Part shown: positions 1 through 9,305 of the stretch, piece after piece
How positions within the stretch are numbered: the stretch's first letter is position 1
How the letters are laid out: each line of letters begins with the position of its first letter
Origin: Fistulifera solaris
Lineage: Eukaryota
DNA length: 64,000 nt
NCBI GenBank assembly: GCA_030295235.1
Contig: AP026148.1
Coordinates: 62,001-126,000, forward strand
Reading direction: 5' to 3'
Program-made: the position numbers and the translations under genes
The notes under the pieces: model-generated
Seen by the model: the letters and a program-made list of their open reading frames with translations, nothing else
Told to the model about the DNA's origin: nothing
Database searches by the model: none

Positions 1-2770
1 ACTGTGCGTAATGCAATGCAGCCAATCCCTTTTCTGAGATAACTCGATTCTGTGCATCCTGTCCAGAAGAAGCCAAATTCGTCAAGCTCAACAAGGCTTC
101 AAACTGTTGTAAATCTTTGGCATGAATGTCGCGTACAAGCGTAAGGAGAGGCTTGATGCTTCCAAGGCGTTGGGCGGCTGTCAACAGCGAAGGGTTGGTG
201 GTGATAAGTAACTTAGCAATAACATGACGAGCTTTGCGAAGCGTGTTGACTAGCGTGGGTGATGGCTGATCGTTTGTTTTATCGAAAGCGATACATCTAG
301 ATAAAACTCCTTGCTGAATCAATAAACCACGGACTGACGCTTCGTCGGCCATCCGCATCCATGTGGTCACAATTTGTTCCATCGTTGCTTCTGATGTAAG
401 ATTGGATTCGGATAAGCCAACCAGCGCGCGAGGCACTTGGGCTGAGGCACATTTGCGAATGCGTTCACGGCATGCTTCTGGTGTATCTGTATCTTTCTGC
501 ATTTCTAGTAAATCTTTCTCTTCTTCTGTCTTCCCCATTTTCTGTAGTTCATCGTACTGCTCCATTGTCACCTCTTTACCTTCAAATGCTTCTTTGCGCA
601 TTTGTAATTGCGTCACACATACCAGCTGAAATAAGTTTGCCATGGCAAATGCGCTTGTTGTGTTCGTCGTATTCGCGTTCTTATTGTTCGAAGCGAGCTG
701 GTCGCATAGTTGCACCAATCGTTCCAATGCAGGGCGCGATGCACCCGATGACCGAAATCCTGCAGCCAGTTCTTCTTTCATATCCGTGTGAGCCACTAGG
801 TAAGAGATCATTTCAATGCCACGCTCCATTGTGGCCGTGGTCGGGGAAGCAGCTGAAGTCAAGGCTGTCAACGACTTTTTCTTGTCAATCCCGCTCTTTT
901 CTTCCGCCTTCGTTGCCTCATCCGGGATGTCTTCTAATAAATCACATGCAGCCACAAGCAGTCCCATTCGTTCAAAATCTCCAGTTTCCTTATCACTCAG
1001 TCCCAATTTGGCGATGCAGGCTGCTGCCCCTCCTTTGATTTCACGATAGGGTGATTGCATGAGGATTGTCATCGTTCCTCCATCGACCCACTGCGCTATT
1101 TGGCCTCTTGCTGTTTCAATTGTCGATGCACCACTCAGAACTTCGCTGGCGCAATGCATTGCCGCAACATGTTCTGACCGAATCATTGCCGGTATTTCTA
1201 CATCCATCGCTTGCCAGGTCGACAGAGCCCAGGCACTTAATTCTTTTATATTGACCATCAATATGGCGGCAGTCAACAACGCATGCTGCATGGCGAGATG
1301 CAGATCCTGAGTCGAGAAACCGTACATATCGTCAATCTTTTCGTCTTCCTCTACTTCCATGATGGCTTGAATCTTTGGAGATTCTAGTAGTGGTGCCAAA
1401 ATTAGTTGAGTGTTCTCGGTTTCAACCGCTTCCAAAGCCCGAATCCAGCGACCCACAACTACAATCAATTCTCGTCGCAACGGAAATGCTGCAGGTTCGC
1501 AACACTCACGAAACAGCAGTTGTCGCAATTGACTGTTCACATCCAGTAATTGACGACTTCGCTCATACGCCCACGCCTGGTCACGTGTCTTGCGCTCCGT
1601 TTCATGTTTACGATGGACTGCCAACTCTTGGGCGGTCATCGAGCGAGTATCGGGTTGCAAATTAGGAAGTGTTGGGTCCGTATGATGATCCAAGGAAGAT
1701 CGAATCCAAACATACCGCTCTGTTCCGCACGTCCAAGTACTCAGTACATCCAACACCGCACGAACGATCAACTCGTGAGTTTCGTCTGAATTATTGCTTT
1801 CCAACGATTCCAGCACGACACGACAAGACTGCTCCAATAGATCACGCTGAACATACGACTCCTTCAAAACAACGCGGTTTGCTTCATCGTCTCTATCCAC
1901 ATGCAAGCAAATACGTGACCATAAGGCCAGACAACTAATCATGACGTCCGTTTGCTTCGCGGCAGCCGCTTCTTGCACACGTATCTTCAACCACTCCTGC
2001 GTGTCGGCTGCACGAAAGTGCTTTTGACAAAAAGCAGGGTGTTGTGCGGCGCGACTGAGTACAAGAATGACACCATGACCGTCGTAATCGATTTGTCGAA
2101 AGACATCGAGCGGCAGTTCCATGCTGACCTGGACCAAGTCGTCGTTTAAGAGAGCGAGTAGCTTTTGAAAGAGTACCGTTGCTTCCTTTTGCGATGGTCG
2201 CTGTTGCAGTTCCTTCATAATTTTTGCAACTGGACTGTTATTTTGATTCGCGTTTTGTGTTTTGTGAATCATCCGTATCGTTTGAAGCAAATCCTGTGCC
2301 TGTTTGTTCGTCGGCTCATACTGCAAAAGACGAAGCAAATCTTTCGCCGCATCTTGCAGCAAGTCATGTTTCTTACTATCGTCGCTGGGATCCTTCTGCT
2401 GATCTTGTGTTGCAGATTGAATCGTAAAGGTCATCCAGAGAGCTTTAGCTCGTCGAAACCACAATTTGCACAAAAGAGATGTCGGCAGATCTGCGTGAGG
2501 ATTCTCTTCGGTGATGCGAAATGCTTTTGAGCAGTCGTCAATGCAATCCTGATACTGCATTACATTGAGAAAGCACATGGCTCGATTCGAAAGCAGAGTA
2601 GCTTGGAGTGTGAGAGCATCTTTCGGCAAGCCACCGACACATCGATTGAGCGCGACGAGACCTTGACCGTACGACGCGATGGCCGACGACCAATCCTTGC
2701 TTTGAAAATGCGCATTGCCGATAGTTTTGGCTTGTTCGGCTTGCTCGATGTAACTTTGATCAGACGGCAT
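1..2770 (-). CDS. UNC45: UNC-45-like myosin chaperone (N-terminal TPR + UCS/ARM domain); 3' end outside window
   Basis: Not in the ORF track, consistent with no stop inside the window. Hand translation from ATG 2770 gives MPSDQSYIEQAEQAKTIGNAHFQSKDWSSAIASYGQG...LLSNRAMCFLNVMQYQDCIDDCSKA...WFRRAKA (TPR). The same frame at the window edge gives ARHVIAKLLITTNP...IKPLLTLV...LQQFEALLSLTNLAS, matching the UNC-45 UCS signature (LAKLxITxNP...LQxFEALxALTNLA). The middle was not fully translated. Confidence 0.85.
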   Translation of the reverse strand, partial: MPSDQSYIEQAEQAKTIGNAHFQSKDWSSAIASYGQGLVALNRCVGGLPKDALTLQATLLSNRAMCFLNVMQYQDCIDDCSKAFRITEENPHADLPTSLLCKLWFRRAKALWMTFTIQSATQDQQKDPSDDSKKHDLLQDAAKDLLRLLQYEPTNKQAQDLLQTIRMIHKTQNANQNNSPVAKIMKELQQRPSQKEATVLFQKLLALLNDDLVQVSMELPLDVFRQIDYDGHGVILVLSRAAQHPAFCQKHFRAADTQEWLKIRVQEAAAAKQTDVMISCLALWSRICLHVDRDDEANRVVLKESYVQRDLLEQSCRVVLESLESNNSDETHELIVRAVLDVLSTWTCGTERYVWIRSSLDHHTDPTLPNLQPDTRSMTAQELAVHRKHETERKTRDQAWAYERSRQLLDVNSQLRQLLFRECCEPAAFPLRRELIVVVGRWIRALEAVETENTQLILAPLLESPKIQAIMEVEEDEKIDDMYGFSTQDLHLAMQHALLTAAILMVNIKELSAWALSTWQAMDVEIPAMIRSEHVAAMHCASEVLSGASTIETARGQIAQWVDGGTMTILMQSPYREIKGGAAACIAKLGLSDKETGDFERMGLLVAACDLLEDIPDEATKAEEKSGIDKKKSLTALTSAASPTTATMERGIEMISYLVAHTDMKEELAAGFRSSGASRPALERLVQLCDQLASNNKNANTTNTTSAFAMANLFQLVCVTQLQMRKEAFEGKEVTMEQYDELQKMGKTEEEKDLLEMQKDTDTPEACRERIRKCASAQVPRALVGLSESNLTSEATMEQIVTTWMRMADEASVRGLLIQQGVLSRCIAFDKTNDQPSPTLVNTLRKARHVIAKLLITTNPSLLTAAQRLGSIKPLLTLVRDIHAKDLQQFEALLSLTNLASSGQDAQNRVISEKGLAALHYAQ

Positions 2771-4135
2771 GAGAGAGGTTCAGAAGAATAAAACTCAAGA
2801 TAGTTATAACAAGAATACCAACTTCATCGTGACTTTAATGAGGGCAAGAATGGCGCGAACTAGAGAGTGTCTTGACAAGGAAAATGTCCCGATGACCCGA
2901 CGGACGGGAGTACGGACGAAACTCTTCATGTCATGACGTCAGTATATTCCACGTGGACCCATTGACAGACGGCCGACCGCGCGAAGCCTTCATTCGGCAC
3001 GACTGTGTTGGCACGCGCGAGTACCATTTACGAAAGAGTAAAAGAGAGGTACGAGTGACAGGCCTTTTCTGCAAAGATCGCACCAATCAGAACCTTCGAA
3101 TGAGCAATGACGCACTTGATTGGGTTCTGCGTGTCAAGCTATGACTCCATGAAAGTGTATGGCTAATTTTTTCTACTTTCGTATTCATTCTGGATCGCTT
3201 TCTGTACATCTCGTAGAAAAGCCTACGAGAAGATCCAAACCCACGCAGAGCCATCCAACGAGATCCAGGTTTATGATGACCCTTGCAAGGACGCTCGCTC
3301 TTTTTTTCGGGGAGATTTGCATGGCCTTCATTTTCTTTTCGGTGGTGCTCCGCACACCTCGTCGCGCACAAGATCGAAAAAATCATGGCGTCGTTCGAAT
3401 TCCGTTCCATTTTATCACTCTAAATTTGTAAGTACTTTTGGTTTGTTTCACGCTCCATCGTAGTGAATTTCCTCGTCCACCAGTACCGTATCACGTCCGC
3501 CGCATCACCCAGCGAGATCACCATGGCGGCTTGGAGGGAAATTGAAGCGGCTTTTTTTCTTGTTTAGTTGAAAAGCATCGCTTCAGGAGTCTCTCAGCTA
3601 CGAAAGTGATCGGCCTTTGAAAGGAAACTCGCAAATGTTTCAACAATTCTGTCATAGAGAGATGTTGCAAAAAGGGCGGGAACTCTCATCCAGCTCGTTT
3701 GAATGCTCCACACGATTGAACTGTATGTGCTCGAGAACTGGAGCTGATCACTTTATTTTCGTTGAGGACGATGTTCTATCTGAAATAACGTTGCAGAGGA
3801 AGCCCTGGGATGCCATGGTGTCCTGAATGGGAGGATTCAGCAAGACAACTACGTTCAGATATTTTTCTCGTTGGTTTTTGTACTGCGAAGCACGTAGGGC
3901 TCCCATCGTTATCATTGATAAGGATCATCCAGTGTTTGCGAGCGAAGATGGCTATAATCATGTTTGACTTGCCCTGAAAGGCCATCGTCGATCGATTCGT
4001 TCATTTTGTGAGCGATCTTGTCAATCATTGACTCACGCTGTTCATTCTTCTCTTTTCATATCGACACGAACTTTCATCAACAGGAAGCCATTCAACTTAC
4101 TATTGATATAGAATCCCGACTTTCTATAAATCAGG

Positions 4136-7100
4136 ATGACGGTGGGAACCGCTTCTGGTGGTCCTTCTGCGACTGCCGACGTTCATATTACAAGAAGAAT
4201 CATCTCTTCGATCGTCTGTCGTGAAGATGCCGATGTCGAGGTGGACGCGAAGAACGAATACAAGCATGTCGCTCATCCTGCACATCATCTAGCACTGCGT
4301 CGACAAGTATCCAACGAGGTGCTGTCCTCCTGTGGAAGCGACGATGACAGTGTCCCACTCAAGAAACCTCCTTCCCATAACTCAGCTTCCTCGTCTCCGG
4401 TGCACTGCTGTCATCCCGCGAACACGGAGAATAACTTCTTGCCGCGCAAGCGTCTTTTCACCAATCCTCTCCATGATACGAAGATGTTTGAGCACCACAA
4501 GCGAGCCCTGCAACTTGAGGCCGAACTGCAGCCCCTTCGTCTCATTCTTTCGCGACTCATGGCTCATCCCATTCACAATCGAAAAGGGTTGTTTAATACA
4601 CCAGTTGATCCTGTAGCGCTGGGTTTGCTGGACTATTACACTGTCATCACAAAGCCCATGGACTTTGGGACGATCAAGGCGCGGTTGCATGCTCTGGCCT
4701 TTTCGTCGCGCGAGCAAGTTGTAAAGGATATTCGTCTCGTTCTTCAAAATGCGATGACATACAATCCTCCTCATCACATTGTGCATTCGTCTGCAATGAA
4801 GCTGATGGCCTTTTTCGAAGAGCAGTTGAGTGCGTTTTGTCCAGATATGGCACTCGATCCGGTTGCGGTTGGCGGATCCGCTTCAGTTGCAGCGGTGGAA
4901 CCCTCTGTACATAGTAATCAAGCCACCCGCTGCAACACCGGTTCTGAAGAATTGTTACGTGATGTACCGAACAAACGCAAGAAACGAGGCACTCGTGTCA
5001 TCACAGGACATGACTGTTTTTCTTGTCAGGGGCGCACGTGCGCTGTATGCCAACAAGGTTGTCTCCATTTGGAGCCGACGCTGCTCATTTGTAATGGTTT
5101 CGCCTGCGCAGGAGCTCGCATTCGCAAAGCTGCCACCTATTACATTGCACCGGATGGAAACCGACAGTATTGTCAGAAGTGTTACATCGGATTACCGGCT
5201 ACTCTTCCCGATAATCGTTACAAGGCAGACTTGCTCAAGCGAAAAAACGACGAAGAAACGGTGGAGCGTTGGTTGACCTGTGTCAAGTGTCAACGGGGTG
5301 TTCACGCCGTGTGTGTCTTGCACAACGAGTATTTAGATGCTGCGGATACCTTTGAATGTCCCGAGTGCGTATCGATGGTAGTTATTCACGAACCGTCCGT
5401 CAAGTGCGTAGAATCAAATACCAGTTACACATTTGCGAGTGGCGAGGATTTGCCTGTTCGAATGTCAGACCTCATGTGTTCGTCGATGCATAATTCCTCG
5501 TACACTGCGGACAGTCTTCCCGAAACGATTGAATCTGCGTTCCTCCAGTGTAAAGTCCGAGAACGGATGATTCTTCCCGATTACCCCAACGCCGAAAAGA
5601 CTGTAACGGTTCGCGTCATTTCAGATTGCGCGCGTGCCTTCACTGTCCCGGATGTGATCCGCAAGCACTTTTGCATGCCCACAACGCAAGGAATGCCGCC
5701 GCAACGTGTTCACTATAGATCGAAAGCCATCGTTTTGTTTCAAAAGATTGACGGATTGGATGTCTGTATTTTTTGCATGTACGTTCAAGAATATGACGGC
5801 CAGGACGAGTACGAAGATGCTTCGAGTCCAGTGGATACGAAGAAGCGCGTCTACATTGCGTACATTGATTCGGTTGAGCACTTTCAGCCTCGCGCTTGTC
5901 GCACCAAAGTTTACCAAGAACTGCTTGTGAGTTACCTTGCTTCAGCACGCAAGCGCGGCTACGATACCGCTCATATCTGGGCGTGTCCACCGTCTCGAGG
6001 AAACTCTTTTGTTTTCTGGAATCATCCTGCTTCTCAAAGAACACCTACACGTGAACGCCTCGTCGCGTGGTATCATGATGCACTGAGCCGCGCTGTTGAG
6101 TGCGGCGTCGTCACTGATATCCAGAGCTTGTACGAAAGTGAGTTTCAGGGACGCTTGGAACCTTTGGAAGGTACCGATGCAGTCCTTGGCTCTAAAATGG
6201 AGTGTCCTCCGCTGCTGGATGGTGACTTTTGGGTCGAAGAAGCAGTGCGCGTACATCAACTTCATTCTCAACGCGTCCTCAGAATCACCAAGATCGATTC
6301 TTGCGACAAGCGCCTTTGTCCAGCTACCGAAGTTGCTAATGTTTTGAGAGACAAGATTTTGGCCCATCCCATCTCGACTTTCTTTCGCCGGCCCGTCAAC
6401 GCGGCGGCGCTCAAGTTGAAAGACTATCATGACATTATCACGCGGCCCATGGATTTGGGCACAGTGTATTCTCAACTTGTCCTTGGTGAATACATCACGT
6501 TGCGAGATGTTGTCCGAGATGTCGAACTTGTCATATCAAATGCTACTACATACAATCCTTCCGGTAATGTGGTGCATGTGAACGCTCTTGAATTACATCG
6601 GCTATTTTTCAGAGAGATCGAAGCACTTGTGTCTAAGTGGTCGGCAACGACTTTATCTTGGGAAGTATTTGCGTCGATGAGCATGAACTTGGATCACACC
6701 CTACCGTGCACAAGTACGGAACCTTTACTCAACACTGTGGCACCTGATTCTTATGTTGAGAAAACAGAAAAGTCGTTGGATAAGCCTGAAGTGCATCTTC
6801 TCTCCGGCGGCGCTGACGCTGTTCAGAGAAGGATGGTCGGCAACGACGTTTGGCTTTTAGACAAGCGCAATCCACTCAAGAATCCCCAGCCGAAGAGCAA
6901 TCCTCGTCGAAGAAAGTCGGTACCTAATGAATTAAATGACGAGCCTCCAGCAAAGCGAAGGCGACAGTCCTGGCTAGCGGAAGAGGTCGGCGCTTCCGTT
7001 CGCTTGCATCGTACTTGTTTCTTCAGCTGTTCCCTCACACCTACAAATGAACAAGAAAAAACCTACGAACAATATACTCAAAACTACACACCTTCTACTA

Positions 7101-7483
7101 TCGATCGGCATGTGTCCTCGTCAACGATTGCAGACATGAGACATGCACTACTTGAATTCTCCCAATTTCGCAACTTAGAGTTCGACACTCTCCGCCACGC
7201 CAAGTATAGCTCCGCGATTTTGCTGTTTCATCTTCACCACGATCGAGCACCTGGAACGATCCCTGAGTGCTCCTCTTGTTCGAAGCCCATCGCTGATGTC
7301 CGTTGGCATCGTCTGTCACGTGTCACGGAACGACGATTGTTTCAAGCAGTGCGCCATCCCGTTGGACGGCGACCGAAACGCACGAAACCGTATGAACCGG
7401 AAGAACTGTGCGAGGCGTGCCACACGACGTCCTCCGATCCGGATGATTTTATTCCAATCCCGGTGTCTTTTAACGCGGCGTAG
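4136..7483 (+). CDS. p300/CBP-type (KAT11) histone acetyltransferase with two bromodomains, RING/PHD-like Cys-rich region and C-terminal ZZ-like zinc finger
   Basis: 1115 aa ORF. Bromodomain 1: LFNTPVDP...DYYTVITKPMDFGTI...NAMTYNP. HAT motifs: MYVQEY, VYIAYIDSV, HIWACPP, HPASQ, AWY, GDFW, LEFDTLRHAKYSS. Bromodomain 2: FRRPVN...DYHDIITRPMDLGTV...NATTYNP. C-terminal CxxC...LCxxC. Confidence 0.92.
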   Translation: MTVGTASGGPSATADVHITRRIISSIVCREDADVEVDAKNEYKHVAHPAHHLALRRQVSNEVLSSCGSDDDSVPLKKPPSHNSASSSPVHCCHPANTENNFLPRKRLFTNPLHDTKMFEHHKRALQLEAELQPLRLILSRLMAHPIHNRKGLFNTPVDPVALGLLDYYTVITKPMDFGTIKARLHALAFSSREQVVKDIRLVLQNAMTYNPPHHIVHSSAMKLMAFFEEQLSAFCPDMALDPVAVGGSASVAAVEPSVHSNQATRCNTGSEELLRDVPNKRKKRGTRVITGHDCFSCQGRTCAVCQQGCLHLEPTLLICNGFACAGARIRKAATYYIAPDGNRQYCQKCYIGLPATLPDNRYKADLLKRKNDEETVERWLTCVKCQRGVHAVCVLHNEYLDAADTFECPECVSMVVIHEPSVKCVESNTSYTFASGEDLPVRMSDLMCSSMHNSSYTADSLPETIESAFLQCKVRERMILPDYPNAEKTVTVRVISDCARAFTVPDVIRKHFCMPTTQGMPPQRVHYRSKAIVLFQKIDGLDVCIFCMYVQEYDGQDEYEDASSPVDTKKRVYIAYIDSVEHFQPRACRTKVYQELLVSYLASARKRGYDTAHIWACPPSRGNSFVFWNHPASQRTPTRERLVAWYHDALSRAVECGVVTDIQSLYESEFQGRLEPLEGTDAVLGSKMECPPLLDGDFWVEEAVRVHQLHSQRVLRITKIDSCDKRLCPATEVANVLRDKILAHPISTFFRRPVNAAALKLKDYHDIITRPMDLGTVYSQLVLGEYITLRDVVRDVELVISNATTYNPSGNVVHVNALELHRLFFREIEALVSKWSATTLSWEVFASMSMNLDHTLPCTSTEPLLNTVAPDSYVEKTEKSLDKPEVHLLSGGADAVQRRMVGNDVWLLDKRNPLKNPQPKSNPRRRKSVPNELNDEPPAKRRRQSWLAEEVGASVRLHRTCFFSCSLTPTNEQEKTYEQYTQNYTPSTIDRHVSSSTIADMRHALLEFSQFRNLEFDTLRHAKYSSAILLFHLHHDRAPGTIPECSSCSKPIADVRWHRLSRVTERRLFQAVRHPVGRRPKRTKPYEPEELCEACHTTSSDPDDFIPIPVSFNAA

Positions 7484-8072
7484 CTTACGATACGCTTCCA
7501 TCAGTTTAGAGTTACTACTTAGCGATTTGAGTCATTGATTTCTGATTGCCAAAAGGATGTCTTAGGAAATGATGTGCTTGATCTTCGCTCGGACCAATAT
7601 GTTCTAAAGGGGGATACATTTAATTCAGGTAGTTTTCTTTTCCATAGCGACATCACAGTGTCTCGATTTTTCGAGCTGGACTTTACTGAACTACGGTTAC
7701 TCCAGCAAAGAGTGGTAGACTGAATGTTGAAATATTGGTGCCAATACATTCAGCGGCAATTTAGACCTAGCGAAAAGCGTTGCGAATCATCGTTATGCTT
7801 CCTAATTTACTATTAACCAAACTGTACGCGGAACAATACAACGACTGTGTTTCAGTCATGAATCATGAATCACGATGCGATACTTGATTAATGATTTCTC
7901 AGTATGCCGTCTGTTTGGCGTCCGCCACAGTTCCATCACCACGAAGAAATGCCGCGTTAATGCAAACGTCACGCAACACGCAAAACATCGTCTTACAACA
8001 TTCGATTGACAAACCATCAAAAACAACAAGAACAAGAGGAAATATAATCAAGTTTTCTTTTCACCGTTCACC

Positions 8073-9167
8073 ATGAAGATGAAAAGAACACTTTTTCTAT
8101 CATTAATAAGTCTATTCTCGTGGGAAAGCGCCGATAGTTTTCTGGTCTTGACGCCTTCTTTGCAAATAATTAACAATAGTATTTCGCGTCCTGTGACCTC
8201 ACTGGGAGCCATTGCAGCTTTAGCCAAGAAAGCCAAACAAAATGAACTTCGACAATATGTAGAAGCTGGCGTTCCCGATTCTGTCATGAAGATCTATCAA
8301 GAAATGCAAAACAGATATAAGAATATTGATTTGCTCGCAACGGACTTGCCCAACAAACTGCAACAAGAATTGACACGCCGCCGAGGAACGCTGACGATTA
8401 TCGCAGAATACAATCGTAAAACCCGATTCACAGATTCGGGAATTATCAAAGATCTCTATGATCCCGAAATTGTCAGTCCTATTTTTCGGGAATATCTCGC
8501 GAGTGCGATTGCCGTGACGGCCGATGAACGCATGGGAGCGTGTGATTATTCGACCTTGGAAGCTTTTGTAAAAGAACAAAAACGAGCGCATATGGAAGTT
8601 CCTGGTCCAATTATGGTTATTAATAATGATTTGATCCTGGATGAATTGCAAATTGCGCGTACGGTTGATGTCGGAGCCGATGCGGTTGTTTTATCGGCGG
8701 CAGTTCTGGAAAAGGATGAACTTGAAAAGTTGCTCAAATGCGCTGCCGCAGTTGAAGTGGAAGCTATTGTTGCGGTCACATCGGCGGAGCAAGCCCAACA
8801 AGCCATTGATATGGGGGCACGCATGATCTCAGTACAAGGAATTAGTGACAATGAAGAGCGCGCAGCATTATTGCAAAGTTTGAAAATGCCAGAGGGACGA
8901 ATTGTCACCACCATCTGCAACTTGGGTGCAGCAAAAGGTAAAGGGGATTTACAAGAAATCGAAGATGCTTGGTTTCTCAGAGACAAAGGTTACAACTCTA
9001 TTATTGTGGGAGAAACTCTATACAAATCTGGTTCGCTAGAGATTGAACACCCCGGAGTCATTATTCGAAGTATGAAATCGAAAAGTAGTCTTAAGTTTGC
9101 GTCTCCTAAAGCATCGAATGGCCGTGGAGAGGGCGCAAGAGAGTATCTTGGTGATATTTTGATGTAA
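8073..9167 (+). CDS. Indole-3-glycerol-phosphate synthase (TrpC)-like TIM-barrel protein, probably plastid-targeted and catalytically degenerate
   Basis: 364 aa ORF. IIAEYNRK, ASAIAVTAD, DLILDELQIAR...GADAVVL and IIVGETLYKS follow the IGPS motif order. The N-terminus is a hydrophobic signal ending in SADSF, followed by an S/T-rich transit-like stretch. Confidence 0.75.
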   Translation: MKMKRTLFLSLISLFSWESADSFLVLTPSLQIINNSISRPVTSLGAIAALAKKAKQNELRQYVEAGVPDSVMKIYQEMQNRYKNIDLLATDLPNKLQQELTRRRGTLTIIAEYNRKTRFTDSGIIKDLYDPEIVSPIFREYLASAIAVTADERMGACDYSTLEAFVKEQKRAHMEVPGPIMVINNDLILDELQIARTVDVGADAVVLSAAVLEKDELEKLLKCAAAVEVEAIVAVTSAEQAQQAIDMGARMISVQGISDNEERAALLQSLKMPEGRIVTTICNLGAAKGKGDLQEIEDAWFLRDKGYNSIIVGETLYKSGSLEIEHPGVIIRSMKSKSSLKFASPKASNGRGEGAREYLGDILM

Positions 9168-9305
9168 TGCGCACTGCATTTATGAAGTGATGACGACATA
9201 CGAATTTTGTAATCGTATCGAGTTGTCTCTTGATAATTGTTGAAGCAACTTTGGCGCATAATTACTAGCATACCCATGTTAATGAGTTAAATTTGACTAT
9301 TCTAA

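Noticed and set aside
363..2791. Cluster of plus-strand ORFs of 62-188 aa
   Set aside because: Antisense shadows of the minus-strand UNC-45 reading frame; no recognisable motifs.
3087..3985. Short ORFs and a possible 5' UTR intron (GTAAGT at 3428 to CAG at 3483) upstream of the acetyltransferase
   Set aside because: No in-frame link to the 4136 ORF could be established; cannot be supported without transcripts.
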